Notes: a model not told the origin generated them from the letters alone. A stretch of DNA of 64,000 nt from Gemmatimonadota bacterium (GCA_040389905.1 JAZJZK010000053.1:1-64000), one strand, 5' to 3'; shown: positions 30,330 through 43,525, numbered from the stretch's first letter. Made by a program: numbers and translations.

Positions 30330-33242
30330 TCAGGACGCCCGCGCCCGTCGATTCGGTGCGATAGCCGACACAATTTTCGGAGTCGCCCCATGCTGCGCGC
30401 GCTTGCGCCCTGAAGGCTGATCCCAGTCGGGGAGCACGGTCCGGAGCCAGAGGCCGGTGTGTGATGCGGAGACGCCCGCGACCTCTTCCGGCCGACCGAA
30501 AGCAACGATCTCTCCGCCGTCGGCTCCGGCCTCTGGCCCCAGGTCGATCACCCAGTCCGCGAGCTTGATGACGTCGAGGTTGTGCTCGATGAGCACGAGG
30601 GTGTGACCGTTGTCCACGAGCCGGTCGAACACCGCGGACAACTTCCGGATATCGTCGAGATGAAGCCCCGTCGTCGGCTCGTCCATGATATACAGCTTGC
30701 GCCCGGACTTCTTCGCGCCGAAGACGAGTTCGCGCGCGACCTTGAGCCGCTGCGCCTCACCACCGGAGAGCGTCGTGGCGGGCTGGCCGAGGCGAAGGTA
30801 ACCGAGCCCGACTTGCTGGAGCTGCCAGAGTGCCTGCCCGAGCTTCTCCTCGTATGGGAAGAAGCGGATCGCCTCGTCGACGGTCATGTCGAGCACGTCG
30901 GTGACGCTCTTGCCGAAGTACTTCACTTCGAGGACAGCCGGCTTGAATCGCTTGCCGGCGCAATCGTCGCAGGGAACGAAGACGTCGGCCATGAAGACCA
31001 TCTCGACTTCGAGATAACCCGCGCCTTCACACGTTTCGCAGCGGCCACCGGCGACATTGAAACTGAACGTTCCCGCCGTGTATCCACGTTGCCGCGCGGC
31101 AGGAAGCGCCGCGAAGATTCGACGAATCTCGTCGAAGGCCTTCACGTACGTGACCGGATTCGAACGCGGTGACTTGCCGATGGGACTTTGATCGACCAGC
31201 ACGACCGCATCGAGGGCTTCGTAGCCCGTGAGCGCATCGAACGCACCGACGCGTTCACCGAGATGCTGCTTGGCGGAGTGTTCACCTGTGAGCTTGGTCT
31301 CGAGCGCGCGCATGAGGACGTCGTGGATCAACGTGCTCTTCCCACTGCCGGAGACTCCGGTCACGGCGGTGACGGTGCCGAGTGGAATGCGGACGTCGAC
31401 GTTCTTGAGGTTGTGTTCGCGCGCGCCGGTGAGCGTGAGCCACAGTGGCCCGATGCGGCGGCGCGTCGCGGGAACGGGGATGGATTTCTCGCCGCTCAGG
31501 TAGCCTCCCGTCAGCGGGCTCTCGTGCACGCGCGACATCGGCCCGGAGAAGACGAGCTGGCCGCCCTTCTCACCACTGTGTGGGCCCAACTCGACCATGT
31601 AGTCCGCGGCACGAATCGCTTCGAGATCGTGTTCGACGACCAGCACCGTGTTCCCGGTGTCGCGCAACCGAAGGAGAAGCTTGAGCAGCCGGTCCATGTC
31701 GCGCGAATGCAGTCCGATCGACGGCTCGTCGAGTACATAGAGTGTATCGACGAGTCGCGAGCCGAGTGAGTTCGCGAGCCCGATGCGCTGCGCTTCGCCG
31801 CCGGAGAGCGTGCGGGTGGCGCGGTTGAGCGAGAGATAATTCAGGCCAACATCGCACAGGAAGCGCACGCGATCCTGTGCCTCCTTCAGGATGTGCGCGG
31901 CGATTTCCTGATCGAACGCCGAGAGTTCGAGCGCGTCGAGCCATGTGGTGAGCGTGCCGACGGGGAAATCGCTGACTTCGGCGATGTTCCGTCCGCCGAC
32001 GTGCACGTGCAGCGACTCGGGCTGCAGCTTGCTCCCGTGACAGCCGGGACACTCCTGCGCGGTTTGATACTGCCGGAGGAAGACGCGGATGTACTGCTTG
32101 TAGCGCTTGTCCTCGAGATCGCGGAGGAAGGGAAGGATGCCCTTGAATCCGCGAATGTTCGCATTGAGCAGCCGCTCGCGATGCTTGCCTGAGAGATCGC
32201 GCCACGGCGTATCCATCGAGATGCCTTCCTTCTTCGCGTACTCGGCGAGGGTGCGGCGCTTGTTGTCGTAGCGCGGCTTGGTCCACGGATCGATGGCTCC
32301 CTCGCGCAGCGACCGTTCAGGATACGGGACGATGAGGATCTCATCGTATTCGAGAATGGCGCCGAAGCCGTTGCAGGTGGTGCAGGCGCCGCGTGGGGAG
32401 TTGAACGAGAACAGTTGCGGCGTCGGCGACGGTGCCGTCGTTCCGTCGTTCGGGCACTCGAAGCGCTCGGTGAACTTGAGTCGCGACACCCGCTTCCCGC
32501 TCTTCGCGTCGGTGATCGCTTCGGCGAGCAGAATCGATGCGTCGCCATAGCCCTCGCGGAAGGCCGTGGACACGGCGTCGGCGAGCCGGCCACGCGTCTC
32601 GGGATTGACGACGAGTCGGTCGATGACGACGAGGACTTCTTTCGCGAACGTGACGTCCACGTTCTCGTTGTCCAGGTCGTCGAGGTGCTTGACGACGCCA
32701 TCGAGGCTCACGCGCACGAAGCCTTGCGCGCGAAGGTTTTCCATCACGACTTCGTGCGAGACCTCGCTCGACATCTTGAGTGGAGCGGCCACATAGAATC
32801 GCGTGCCCGGTGGGAGCGCGAGCACGGTGTCGGTCACGGACTGCACCGTATCCGGCCGGATTTCACGCCCGCACTTGGCGCACATCGTGTGTCCGACGCG
32901 CGCCCACAGCAGGCGCAGATAGTCGTAAATCTCCGTCGAGGTTCCGACGGTGGAGCGTGATGTCTTGGTCGGGTTCTTCTGTTCGATCGCGACCGCAGGG
33001 GACAGTCCGTCGATAAGGTCGACGTCGGGCTTCTCCATGCGCTCGAGGAACTGTCGCGCGTAGGAGGAGAGCGATTCGACGTACCGCCGCTGGCCTTCCG
33101 CGTAGATGGTGTCGAAGGCGAGTGAGGACTTCCCGGAGCCGGAGGGCCCGGTGATGACGGTGAAGGTGCGGCGCGGGATTTCGAGGTCGAACCCCTTGAG
33201 ATTATGCTGCCGCGCGCCGCGAACGAGGATCTTGTCCTTCAT
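30330..33242 (-). CDS. uvrA: Excinuclease ABC subunit A
   Basis: Two Walker A motifs ([16 protein letters not shown]), two LSGGEAQR, zinc fingers, '[10 protein letters not shown]'. Confidence 0.97.
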   Translation of the reverse strand: MKDKILVRGARQHNLKGFDLEIPRRTFTVITGPSGSGKSSLAFDTIYAEGQRRYVESLSSYARQFLERMEKPDVDLIDGLSPAVAIEQKNPTKTSRSTVGTSTEIYDYLRLLWARVGHTMCAKCGREIRPDTVQSVTDTVLALPPGTRFYVAAPLKMSSEVSHEVVMENLRAQGFVRVSLDGVVKHLDDLDNENVDVTFAKEVLVVIDRLVVNPETRGRLADAVSTAFREGYGDASILLAEAITDAKSGKRVSRLKFTERFECPNDGTTAPSPTPQLFSFNSPRGACTTCNGFGAILEYDEILIVPYPERSLREGAIDPWTKPRYDNKRRTLAEYAKKEGISMDTPWRDLSGKHRERLLNANIRGFKGILPFLRDLEDKRYKQYIRVFLRQYQTAQECPGCHGSKLQPESLHVHVGGRNIAEVSDFPVGTLTTWLDALELSAFDQEIAAHILKEAQDRVRFLCDVGLNYLSLNRATRTLSGGEAQRIGLANSLGSRLVDTLYVLDEPSIGLHSRDMDRLLKLLLRLRDTGNTVLVVEHDLEAIRAADYMVELGPHSGEKGGQLVFSGPMSRVHESPLTGGYLSGEKSIPVPATRRRIGPLWLTLTGAREHNLKNVDVRIPLGTVTAVTGVSGSGKSTLIHDVLMRALETKLTGEHSAKQHLGERVGAFDALTGYEALDAVVLVDQSPIGKSPRSNPVTYVKAFDEIRRIFAALPAARQRGYTAGTFSFNVAGGRCETCEGAGYLEVEMVFMADVFVPCDDCAGKRFKPAVLEVKYFGKSVTDVLDMTVDEAIRFFPYEEKLGQALWQLQQVGLGYLRLGQPATTLSGGEAQRLKVARELVFGAKKSGRKLYIMDEPTTGLHLDDIRKLSAVFDRLVDNGHTLVLIEHNLDVIKLADWVIDLGPEAGADGGEIVAFGRPEEVAGVSASHTGLWLRTVLPDWDQPSGRKRAQHGATPKIVSAIAPNRRARAS

Positions 33243-33273
33243 GTCTCAAAGGTAGCAATCTGCACGCTCGAGT

Positions 33274-33388
33274 TGTCGCCCTGACACCTTCGTCGCTTGC
33301 ACTCCTCGAGGGCAGGCGAGCGAAGAGCCTGCACCTCCCGATGTCGGAAGAAGTGCAGGCCCTTCGCATCGCTCAGGGCGACAAAACG
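33274..33388. repeat. REP-like palindromic element
   Basis: TGTCGCCCTGA...GCCTGCAC-loop-GTGCAGGC...TCGCTCAGGGCGACA-AAACG. Confidence 0.85.
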
Positions 33389-33394
33389 CTCAGA

Positions 33395-33664
33395 TCACAG
33401 CGTCGTCGTGCTGCGACTCCGCGTGGACAGGCGGTAGACCCAGAGAAGGAGCATGGCGCCGACGACGGCCAGCAGAATGCTCCACAGAGAGAACCCGTTG
33501 AGTCCGGAACCCGTGAGCGTGTTGCCGATGAATCCGCCGACGAAGGCACCGACGATACCGATGATCATTGTAACGATGGCGCCACCCGGATCTTTCCCGG
33601 GCATGAGCGCTTTCGCGATCGCACCGGCGATCAATCCGAGCACGATCCAAGCGAGAATACCCAT
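33395..33664 (-). CDS. GlsB/YeaQ/YmgE family stress membrane protein
   Basis: 'MGILAWIVLGLIAGAIAKALMPGKDPGG...GIVGAFVGG...AVVGAMLLL'. Confidence 0.93.
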   Translation of the reverse strand: MGILAWIVLGLIAGAIAKALMPGKDPGGAIVTMIIGIVGAFVGGFIGNTLTGSGLNGFSLWSILLAVVGAMLLLWVYRLSTRSRSTTTL

Positions 33665-33727
33665 TGTACGGCCTCCGAGAGTGAGTGTGGGACAGGCGCG
33701 TACTAACGCAACGGGCGTACCAAACAC

Positions 33728-33759
33728 GGGGGGAAGGGGACGGGGGACAGGGGACAGGA
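33728..33759. repeat. Short GGGGACA heptamer tandem array
   Basis: GGGGGAA-GGGGACG-GGGGACA-GGGGACA-GG; same unit as at 37604-37757. Confidence 0.7.
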
Positions 33760-33909
33760 AAGGCCGAGCGACGGAACAGATGTCTTTCACGCTTGCCAGT
33801 CTCTAGAGCGGCCGATAGTTTCCGCCCCTACTGGGTCCCCGGGCCAAACAACTCGAGGCTCATGTTTCGGCCGTCCGCGCTGTAGTCCTTCTGCGCTCAA
33901 GCCCTCCTA

Positions 33910-35340
33910 ATGCCCGTCCTTCAGCTCGACGATCAGCAGTTCCCGCTCAACACGGGTTCAACCCGGATCGGCGCCGGTGCAGGCGCCGACGTCGTCGTCC
34001 CGGGCTACTCCGCCCTGGCGGTCGAAGCGGTCATCGATAGCGGTGCGACGCCGACGATTCGCCGAGCGGAGGAATCCGCCCACGTGCGCGTCAACGGCGT
34101 CCTCCTCGGCGCAGAACCCACGCCGCTGATGCATGGCGACAAGGTCGAGATCGCCGGTCTCGAACTCCGCTATGCCGACGATGCGAAGGGCGGCGCCACC
34201 CAGTTTGTCAGCGCGAGCGAAATTGCCGCGCTGGCCGGCGCCAAACGCACCGGCGCTGCCCGTGCAACGGCGGCCTCAGGAGGTCGTCTCGTTTCCCTTG
34301 TCGACGGGAAGGAGTACACCATCGCCGATTCCGGGATCGTCTTTGGACGCGATGCGTCCTGCGACGTGGTGGTGGCGCAGAATGAGGTATCGCGGCGCCA
34401 TGCGGAAATCGCACCGGCCGATCAGGGCTATGTGCTGAAGGACACGAGTGCGAACGGTTTGTTTGTGAACGGTGTGAAAGTGCAGGGCTCACAAGTCCTT
34501 ACGCGCGCCGATGTCGTGCGCGTCGGCACCGAGGAGTTCCGCTTCTACGCCGACGTGCTGGCACCGACCGCCGCGAAGGCGCCAACCCCGGCGGCGGCAA
34601 TGCCGGTCGTTCCGCCACCAGCGCCCGCAGCTCCGACGCCAGCGGAATCCGCGCTGCCAGAGATGGATCTGGCACCGGCGATGCCGGCGCCTGTACCCGC
34701 AGCTCCCCCGGCCGAACCTCCGGCTGCCGCCGCGCCGCCACCTGCGGCGCCCGTCAAGGCAGCGCCGCCGCCTCCCAAGCCGGTAGTGGTTGAAGATTCT
34801 CGGCCGGTTGTGGCGATACTCGAGAGTATGAACGAAGGCCCGGCAAAGGGGACCAAGCACGAGTTGCGCACCATTCTCGGCCACGTGGGCAGAGGACCGG
34901 CGAACGATATCACGCTGAATGACGAGAGTGTGAGCGACACGCATGCGAAGCTCCAGAAGCGCGATGATGGCTGGTACGTCGTGGACATGGGTTCGACGAA
35001 CGGCACCTACGTCGGTGGGACGCGCGTGACGGGCGAGAAGCGTATCGAGGGTTCGCCAGATGTTCGCTTCGGCGGCCTGAAGTTCCGGTTCACTGCGGTC
35101 GGTGCGACCGCGGACGAACTCGAGGCCAAGGCGACGCGAGCGATTGCACCGCAGGCGCGCCCGTCTGCCGCAGCGTCAAGTTCCCCTGCGGCAAAGGCCC
35201 CCGCACCAGTCCAGCCCGCCGCGCCGCCAGCACCTGTCGCACCGGCCAAGAGCGGTGGCGTCCCAGTCGTCGTATGGATCGTCGTTGCCGTGGTGGTGAT
35301 CGCGGCGGTGGCGTTCTTCCTGCTGAAGGGAAACGCGTGA
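33910..35340 (+). CDS. Multi-FHA protein with a Pro/Ala linker and a C-terminal TM anchor
   Basis: FHA motifs 'FGRDASCD..VSRRHA..SANG' and 'VGRGPAND..VSDTHA..STNGT', plus a degenerate N-terminal FHA. Confidence 0.9.
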   Translation: MPVLQLDDQQFPLNTGSTRIGAGAGADVVVPGYSALAVEAVIDSGATPTIRRAEESAHVRVNGVLLGAEPTPLMHGDKVEIAGLELRYADDAKGGATQFVSASEIAALAGAKRTGAARATAASGGRLVSLVDGKEYTIADSGIVFGRDASCDVVVAQNEVSRRHAEIAPADQGYVLKDTSANGLFVNGVKVQGSQVLTRADVVRVGTEEFRFYADVLAPTAAKAPTPAAAMPVVPPPAPAAPTPAESALPEMDLAPAMPAPVPAAPPAEPPAAAAPPPAAPVKAAPPPPKPVVVEDSRPVVAILESMNEGPAKGTKHELRTILGHVGRGPANDITLNDESVSDTHAKLQKRDDGWYVVDMGSTNGTYVGGTRVTGEKRIEGSPDVRFGGLKFRFTAVGATADELEAKATRAIAPQARPSAAASSSPAAKAPAPVQPAAPPAPVAPAKSGGVPVVVWIVVAVVVIAAVAFFLLKGNA

Positions 35341-36122
35341 GGCTTCTCCATTCAGCGCGCACGGACGTCGGCATGATCCGGTCCGGCAACGAAGACAATT
35401 TCACCGTCGACGCCAACCCCGAACGGGGCATCTACATCGTTGCGGATGGCATGGGCGGGCACGCGGCGGGTGAGGTTGCCAGCGAGATGGCGGTGCAGAT
35501 CATCCAGCGTGAGCTCAAGCAGGTTACCGATCTCGAGACGGAATCGGTTGCCAAATTGACGGCCGATACACTGCGCCTCGCGAACCGTGCGATCCACGAC
35601 CGGACGATTACGGAAGTGGACAAGCAAGGCATGGGCACCACGGCATCGGTGCTCGTGATCTCGGGGGCGAAATATCTCATCGGACAGGTCGGTGACTCGA
35701 GAGTCTACCTCCTCCGTGACGGGGCGCTCACCCAGCTCACCAAGGATCACTCCTACGTCCAGGAGCAGGTGGACGCCGGATTCCTGACGCCGGAGCAGGC
35801 GCGCTATCACCCCTACAGCAACGTGATCACGCGCTGCGTAGGTGCGAGCCCGGACGTGGAGCCGGATGTCTATCGCGGTGAGGTCCGCACCGGTGACCTG
35901 TTCCTGGTCGCCAGCGACGGTCTCACCGGCATGGTCGACGACCGCCGGCTTGGCCAACTCCTCGGCTCACGCGCGGAACCTGACCGCAAGGTGCAGGCGC
36001 TCATCTCGGAAGCGAACGGCCGCGGGGGACTCGACAACATCACCGCGATCATCGTCCAGGTGCTCGACTCCGGAGATGGACTGGCCGACAGCAAGACGGT
36101 GGAGATCAGGTCGGTTGGCTGA
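35337..36122 (+). CDS. PP2C-type Ser/Thr protein phosphatase (Stp1/PrpC-like)
   Basis: 'TDVGMIRSGNED', 'VADGMGGHAAGEVAS', 'MGTT', 'VGDSR', 'SDGL', 'GGLDNIT'; GTGA overlap with the FHA gene. Confidence 0.95.
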   Translation: MRLLHSARTDVGMIRSGNEDNFTVDANPERGIYIVADGMGGHAAGEVASEMAVQIIQRELKQVTDLETESVAKLTADTLRLANRAIHDRTITEVDKQGMGTTASVLVISGAKYLIGQVGDSRVYLLRDGALTQLTKDHSYVQEQVDAGFLTPEQARYHPYSNVITRCVGASPDVEPDVYRGEVRTGDLFLVASDGLTGMVDDRRLGQLLGSRAEPDRKVQALISEANGRGGLDNITAIIVQVLDSGDGLADSKTVEIRSVG

Positions 36123-36306
36123 CGAAGCGGAGACCGTCGCATCGGTCTCGGAGCTCTTTCTCGGCAATATCCTCTACGCACTCGAGCTCGCCGCCATGTC
36201 GCTGGAGGGTTCGGGCAAGGCAGAGGACGCGAAGTACTATCGTGGTATTGCCAGAAAGCTGGCGGAAGCGCGCGGACGGGAACGCCAGGGCTCGGGATCG
36301 GCGTAG
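36115..36306 (+). CDS. Small helical hypothetical protein (~63 aa, TTG start)
   Basis: Start overlaps the PP2C stop with GGAG upstream; amphipathic 'SELFLGNILYALELAAMSLE...YYRGIARKLAEARGRE'. Confidence 0.65.
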   Translation: MADEAETVASVSELFLGNILYALELAAMSLEGSGKAEDAKYYRGIARKLAEARGRERQGSGSA

Positions 36307-36329
36307 AACGGCGCGAGGTGCGGAACGTC

Positions 36330-37601
36330 TCAGCTCAATCGCGCCCCCGATTCGAGCTTCTGGCGGACCTCGGCTCCACTCAAGCTGGCAAGGCGAACGA
36401 CCGCCCCGCGGTCGAGCGAAATGCGCCGACAGGCAAACACGCGTAACCACCGTGCGCTGCCATAGAGCTCCTCGGACAGCTTTGGAAGGTTTACAGCGCC
36501 CTCCCACCCCTCAGCGGTAAGACGCCGCACAGAGCCATCCCGCCGACGCACGGGGATGTCCAGGCCGAGCATCTGGGTCTTTACCGGATAGTCGAGGAGC
36601 ACCTCGCCGGGTGCAAGGCCAAGCTCCCCCGCCAAGCGGTCCTCGACGGCAACCACCAGCGCGCGATCGTCGGCAATCCATTCGCCGATGTCAGGCGGCA
36701 GCTCGGCGGCCGGACACTCGAAGACGCGCTTGTAGAGGCGCCTCTCGCGCAGCGCCGCGAGTAAGGGCGACGGGGAATTGGCCGCGAGCTCGTGCAATAA
36801 CCCTTCGTCCGTAAAGCCGGCAAGTGTCTCTGCACTGAGTGACCCTGCGCGTAACGCGCTATCGACGAGGCGTTTGTACATCGCCGTCGCGCTGCGGACC
36901 GCGTGGTGCCAATAGACGTTGCGGTACATCTGATACTTCGCGAAGAGGAGCGACTCCAGTGCGGAGAGCCCCTTTTCCGAAATGCCCACTGTCGACGAGT
37001 TGCGTTCCGGATCGGCGACGAGGGTCAGGGAGTTGATCAACCGATCGACGTCGATGTCACCGTAGTTGACGCCGCACATGAACGCATCGCGCTTGAGGTA
37101 CTCGATCTTGTCGAGGTCCAGCGAGCCGGAGATGAGGCCGCGCAGTGGACTCGTGCTGGTGCCGCGGATGAGGGCCATGACGCGCGCGGGGGCATCGTCG
37201 CCAAGCGCCCCGGCGAGCACATCGGCGATGTCCCCGTTCATGATCAGCGGGCGAGCAACTTCCTCGTGATGCAGGGCGCCGATCTCCTCGAGCGCGTGCG
37301 AGAAGGGATAGTGTCCAATGTCGTGCAACAACGCAGCGTAGCGGACAATGAGGCTGTCGCGCTTGTCATCGATCTGTGACGCGTCGCGTTCCTCGAACAT
37401 TGCGAGGGAGCGACGCGCGAGGTGGTATGCGCCGAGCGCGTGCTCGAAGCGCGAGTGGCTGGCACCGGGGTAGACGAGATAGGCGAGCCCCAACTGACGC
37501 ACATCCCGCAGCCGCTGAAACACCTTCGTGTCGATCAGTCGGAGCGCGACCGGGTCGACACGCATGTTGTTCCAGAGGGGATCCCTGATGATTTCGTCCA
37601 T
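36330..37601 (-). CDS. HD-domain phosphohydrolase (SAMHD1/YdhJ-like)
   Basis: 'FQRLRDVRQLG', 'HSRFEHALG', 'LLHDIGHYPFSH', 'DLDKIEYLKRD', 'MYRNVYWH'. Confidence 0.92.
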   Translation of the reverse strand: MDEIIRDPLWNNMRVDPVALRLIDTKVFQRLRDVRQLGLAYLVYPGASHSRFEHALGAYHLARRSLAMFEERDASQIDDKRDSLIVRYAALLHDIGHYPFSHALEEIGALHHEEVARPLIMNGDIADVLAGALGDDAPARVMALIRGTSTSPLRGLISGSLDLDKIEYLKRDAFMCGVNYGDIDVDRLINSLTLVADPERNSSTVGISEKGLSALESLLFAKYQMYRNVYWHHAVRSATAMYKRLVDSALRAGSLSAETLAGFTDEGLLHELAANSPSPLLAALRERRLYKRVFECPAAELPPDIGEWIADDRALVVAVEDRLAGELGLAPGEVLLDYPVKTQMLGLDIPVRRRDGSVRRLTAEGWEGAVNLPKLSEELYGSARWLRVFACRRISLDRGAVVRLASLSGAEVRQKLESGARLS

Positions 37602-37603
37602 TT

Positions 37604-37757
37604 CAGGGGCCAGGGGACAGGGGACAGGTATCAGGGGACAGGAACGGCCTATGGAAGGATGATCTGGGGAGCGCATCGCAGTAAGGAATGAAAAACCGAA
37701 AGGCACACCAAAATACTTGCGGTGTGCCTATCCTGTCCCCTGACTCCTGTTCCCTGA
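37604..37757. repeat. Palindromic heptamer (CAGGGGA) repeat with an internal hairpin
   Basis: CAGGGGA units at 37604-37643, complementary TCCCCTG units at 37731-37757, inner AGGCACACC/GGTGTGCCT stem at 37701-37729. Confidence 0.85.
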
Positions 37758-37759
37758 TG

Positions 37760-39370
37760 TCAACCCATTGGCCCCGCCGCCTTGATGGCCGCATCGACAG
37801 TGCCGAACTTCTCGAAGTTCGTGCGGAACATGCCAGCCAGCTTCCGAGCCTGCGCGTCGTACGCGAGCGGATCGCTCCACGTGCCGCGCGGATCGAGAAT
37901 CTCGTTCGGCACGCCAGGCACTGCCTGCGGCGTCACGAGCCCAAAAAACGGATCGGTGCGCGTGGCAACGCCGTCGAGTTTACCGTCGAGCGCGCCGTGG
38001 ACCATCGCGCGCGTGTAGGCCAGCTTCATGCGCTTACCGACGCCATACGCGCCGCCGCTCCAACCGGTGTTCACCAGCCACACGTTCGACTTGTGCTCGT
38101 CGATCAGCGTGCCGAGCATGTCAGCGTATTTCGTCGGATGCCAGACGAGGAATACCGCGCCGAAGCACGATGAGAATGTCGCCTGCGGTTCCGTGACGCC
38201 GCGCTCGGTGCCGGCGACCTTCGCCGTGTAGCCAGAGAGGAAGTAATACATCGCCTGCTCGCGGGAGAGACGAGCGAGCGGGGGCAGCACGCCGAATGCG
38301 TCGGCGGTGAGGAAGACGATGTTCTTCGGATGGCCACCGCGTCCCGACGGAACGAAGTTCGGGATGTAGTTCAGTGGATACGACGCACGTGTATTCTCGG
38401 TGATGCTCTGGTCCTCGAACTTCACCTTGCGCTTGTCGTCGAGCATCACGTTCTCGAGGATCGTCCCGAACATCTGCGTGGTGCGATAGATGTCGGGCTC
38501 ACCTTCGGGCGAGAGGTTGATGACCTTCGCATAACAGCCGCCTTCGTAGTTGAAGGTGCCCTCGGGGGCCCAGCCGTGCTCGTCGTCGCCGATGAGTGAG
38601 CGCGCGGGATCCGCGGAGAGCGTCGTCTTGCCGGTACCCGAGAGCCCGAAGAACAATGCGGTGTCGCCGGCGGGGCCGATGTTCGCGGAGCAGTGCATCG
38701 AGAGCACGCCCTGCTTCGGCATGTAGTAGTTCATGACCGTGAACATCGACTTCTTGAGCTCACCCGCGTAGCGCGTTCCGCCAATGAGAATCGTGCGCTC
38801 GGCGAGGTTCAGGACGATGAATGTCCCGGTGCGCGTGCCGTGTTTCGCGGGATCAGCCTGGAATTCCGGTGCATGCAGCACGGTGAAGTTCGGCGCGAAC
38901 TCGGCGAGTGCGGCCACGTCAGGACGCACGAACATGTTGCGCACGAAGGCCATGTGCCACGCATTGGGCGATACATACCGAACGGAGAGGCGATACTTGG
39001 GGTCTGCGCCGCAGTAGAGATCCTGGACGAACAGTTCGTCCTGCCCATTCAGGTACTGCTGCACGTCGGCGCGGAGCGTCTCGAAGTGCTCTGGCGTGAT
39101 GGGCTGATTGACCTTGCCCCAATCGACATCGGCTTCGGAACTGGGGTCCTTGACGACAAACTTGTCGTTCGGCGAGCGGCCGGTGTGGGGTGCGGTCACG
39201 GCGCAGAAGGGACCCATGTCGGCGAGGCGGCCCTCACCGCGACGAATCGCGTTCTCGATGAGCACCGGCGCGACGTAATTCCAGTGCACCTTCCCGGACG
39301 GCGTGAGCCCGAGTCCGGCGAGATTGCCGTCGAGGCCCGTCTCGTGTTGCGGCGTGGTCTGTGTGGCCAT
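37760..39370 (-). CDS. pckA: Phosphoenolpyruvate carboxykinase (ATP)
   Basis: 'TGRSPNDK', 'YAGELKK', 'MHCSAN', 'GLSGTGKTTLS', 'LIGDDEHGW', 'FNYEGGCYAK', 'TENTR'. Confidence 0.98.
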   Translation of the reverse strand: MATQTTPQHETGLDGNLAGLGLTPSGKVHWNYVAPVLIENAIRRGEGRLADMGPFCAVTAPHTGRSPNDKFVVKDPSSEADVDWGKVNQPITPEHFETLRADVQQYLNGQDELFVQDLYCGADPKYRLSVRYVSPNAWHMAFVRNMFVRPDVAALAEFAPNFTVLHAPEFQADPAKHGTRTGTFIVLNLAERTILIGGTRYAGELKKSMFTVMNYYMPKQGVLSMHCSANIGPAGDTALFFGLSGTGKTTLSADPARSLIGDDEHGWAPEGTFNYEGGCYAKVINLSPEGEPDIYRTTQMFGTILENVMLDDKRKVKFEDQSITENTRASYPLNYIPNFVPSGRGGHPKNIVFLTADAFGVLPPLARLSREQAMYYFLSGYTAKVAGTERGVTEPQATFSSCFGAVFLVWHPTKYADMLGTLIDEHKSNVWLVNTGWSGGAYGVGKRMKLAYTRAMVHGALDGKLDGVATRTDPFFGLVTPQAVPGVPNEILDPRGTWSDPLAYDAQARKLAGMFRTNFEKFGTVDAAIKAAGPMG

Positions 39371-39436
39371 CGGTAAAGTCCTCGAAATGAAGATGTCAGC
39401 GCGCAAGGCGCAGAGTAATTGTTTCGTCCGTCAAGC

Positions 39437-39523
39437 TGTCACCCCGAGCGAAGTCGAGGGGTCTGCACTTCCGCTGTTTTCAGGTGCAGATCCCTCGACT
39501 CGCTTCGCTCGCTCGGGATGACA
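39437..39523. repeat. REP-like palindromic element
   Basis: TGTCACCCCGAGCGAAGTCGAGGGGTCTGCAC...GTGCAGATCCCTCGACTCGCTTCGCTCGCTCGGGATGACA. Confidence 0.9.
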
Positions 39524-39526
39524 ATG

Positions 39527-41839
<2,313 letters not shown>

Positions 41840-42027
41840 AGAACATCGAAAGATAGCCCGGTCGCGGCGAGTGGGCAGTCTTGCGGTGGTCGTCAGGTGA
41901 CTTGCGAGTTAGCGCGCGCACGTGCATCGTCAACGCGTTGGGGCAGTGTCCTGCAAGAGACAGCACAACCGCTTCCCCTATCTCAGGGCTTCGTTTCATC
42001 GAAACGAGCTGAGCCTTCCCCGAAGCC

Positions 42028-42654
42028 ATGTCAAACCGTTCAATCGTCGCCTTTGCGGCGGCCATCGTCCTTTTCGGAACACCTACGGCGGCGCGCGCCC
42101 AATGGGCGATCAACACGGCGCCGGGGGCGCAGACCGATGTACTCACCGATGGCCCGTGGTCCATCGGGTACTCCTTCAACGTGACGACTAACTTCACCGT
42201 TCAGCGCCTGGGCTATCTCGACTGGGGAAACTATGGCCTCCTGGAGTCGCATGACGTCGGCATCTTCAGCCCAAGCGGAACGTTGCTGGTATCCGGGACT
42301 CTCTCCGGAGAGAATCAGGCGATCGATGGGCTGTTCAGAAGCCTTGTCGTGGCGCCGACGTTGTTGGTCGCGGGTAACAACTACCGGATCATGGGCTTTG
42401 ATCCCGGGGGCGCGGACGCGGTCATGTTCGACGGGTACGTATCCTCGGTTCCTGAAATCCAATATGTCGGAGCAGCGTACTGTCTATCTTTTTCGCTTTC
42501 TGACTCATGCGGGAGCTATCTGCCGGGCGGATACTTCGGGCCGAACTTCGCAGGGACATCGGAAGTGGCGACACCAGAGCCGGCCGCCATCATATTGCTC
42601 GCTACCGGATTCGTCTGCGTGATCGGTGCGGCACGCCGCCGGCGGCAGGTCTAG
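42028..42654 (+). CDS. PEP-CTERM sorting-signal surface protein
   Basis: Signal peptide; C-terminal 'TPEPAAIILLATGFVCVIGAARRRR'. Confidence 0.9.
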   Translation: MSNRSIVAFAAAIVLFGTPTAARAQWAINTAPGAQTDVLTDGPWSIGYSFNVTTNFTVQRLGYLDWGNYGLLESHDVGIFSPSGTLLVSGTLSGENQAIDGLFRSLVVAPTLLVAGNNYRIMGFDPGGADAVMFDGYVSSVPEIQYVGAAYCLSFSLSDSCGSYLPGGYFGPNFAGTSEVATPEPAAIILLATGFVCVIGAARRRRQV

Positions 42655-42675
42655 GAATTTCGCGCTGCACGAACA

Positions 42676-43251
42676 CTACCGTGCGACGCCCTTGAACAAC
42701 TCGGCCACCGCGCAGCTGAAGCCTGAAAGCACGGATCCTCCATCGAGCGTGTCGGTTTCACGCAGCCAGCGAACGGGCGCGTCGCTCGCGACGATCATCA
42801 CCGTTCTCCGTACAGGATCGATGACCCAGATGAGCGCTGTGCCGCACGTGAGATAGTCGTCGAGTTTCTCCTCGACGTCGGTAGCCGACTCGCTCCGTGA
42901 CAGCACTTCGACCGCGAGGTCAGGCGCGAGCTTGAGAAACCCTGGCGCGATTCCCTCCACGGGCAGTCGGCCGGCTCGGACGAATGACGCATCGGGGCTC
43001 CGCACGGTGCGCGGAAGCTGGAGGAGCTCATACCCGACTCCGTCGGCGAATACCCAGCCGAGGTTGTGGTGCTCGACATGGGCGTGCAGCCGAATAACGA
43101 CGTTCGTCGCAATGCGGCCGTGGGGACCACCTGGCGGAGGAGTCACCCGCACCTCACCACGGACGAGCTCCGCCTGCTCGTCCGAGAGAGGGTAAACAAG
43201 AAACTCGTCGGGCGTGATCAGCACGACGGCATCCCGTGCGGCGTGGGCCAT
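42676..43251 (-). CDS. Uma2-family putative endonuclease
   Basis: 'ELVRGEV', 'RSPDASFV', 'APDLAVEVLS', 'KLDDYL', 'WVIDP'. Confidence 0.93.
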   Translation of the reverse strand: MAHAARDAVVLITPDEFLVYPLSDEQAELVRGEVRVTPPPGGPHGRIATNVVIRLHAHVEHHNLGWVFADGVGYELLQLPRTVRSPDASFVRAGRLPVEGIAPGFLKLAPDLAVEVLSRSESATDVEEKLDDYLTCGTALIWVIDPVRRTVMIVASDAPVRWLRETDTLDGGSVLSGFSCAVAELFKGVAR

Positions 43252-43525
43252 TGGGCACTCCAGCAATCGGCCATGAGTGAAGCGTACGCTCGGCGCACGC
43301 TGCGAGGCAAGCTCTCATAGCCGTACTCTAACCATTGGCCGAGAATCAGCGTCACCAAACCTATGCGCGGCGTGGCATTCCGCTGCGCAACTGCGCGACC
43401 GGAATGCCGACAAGAATAAGGATTTCCTGGCGCGGCTGCCTCCTATCACACAATGAGACACAAGACTTTGTGAAGACTCCCGGCGCCGGTCGTCCGTGGT
43501 ATAGAGGCCACTTCTACCTGCCCCG

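Noticed and set aside
36330..37601. HD protein or Uma2 nuclease as anti-phage defence system
   Set aside because: Both families are common housekeeping or lineage-expanded genes, and there is no defence-island context
43374..43408. GGCATTCCG/CGGAATGCC hairpin between Uma2 and the PAS kinase as a riboswitch
   Set aside because: Only a 9-bp stem, with no riboswitch consensus or U-tract that I can recognise
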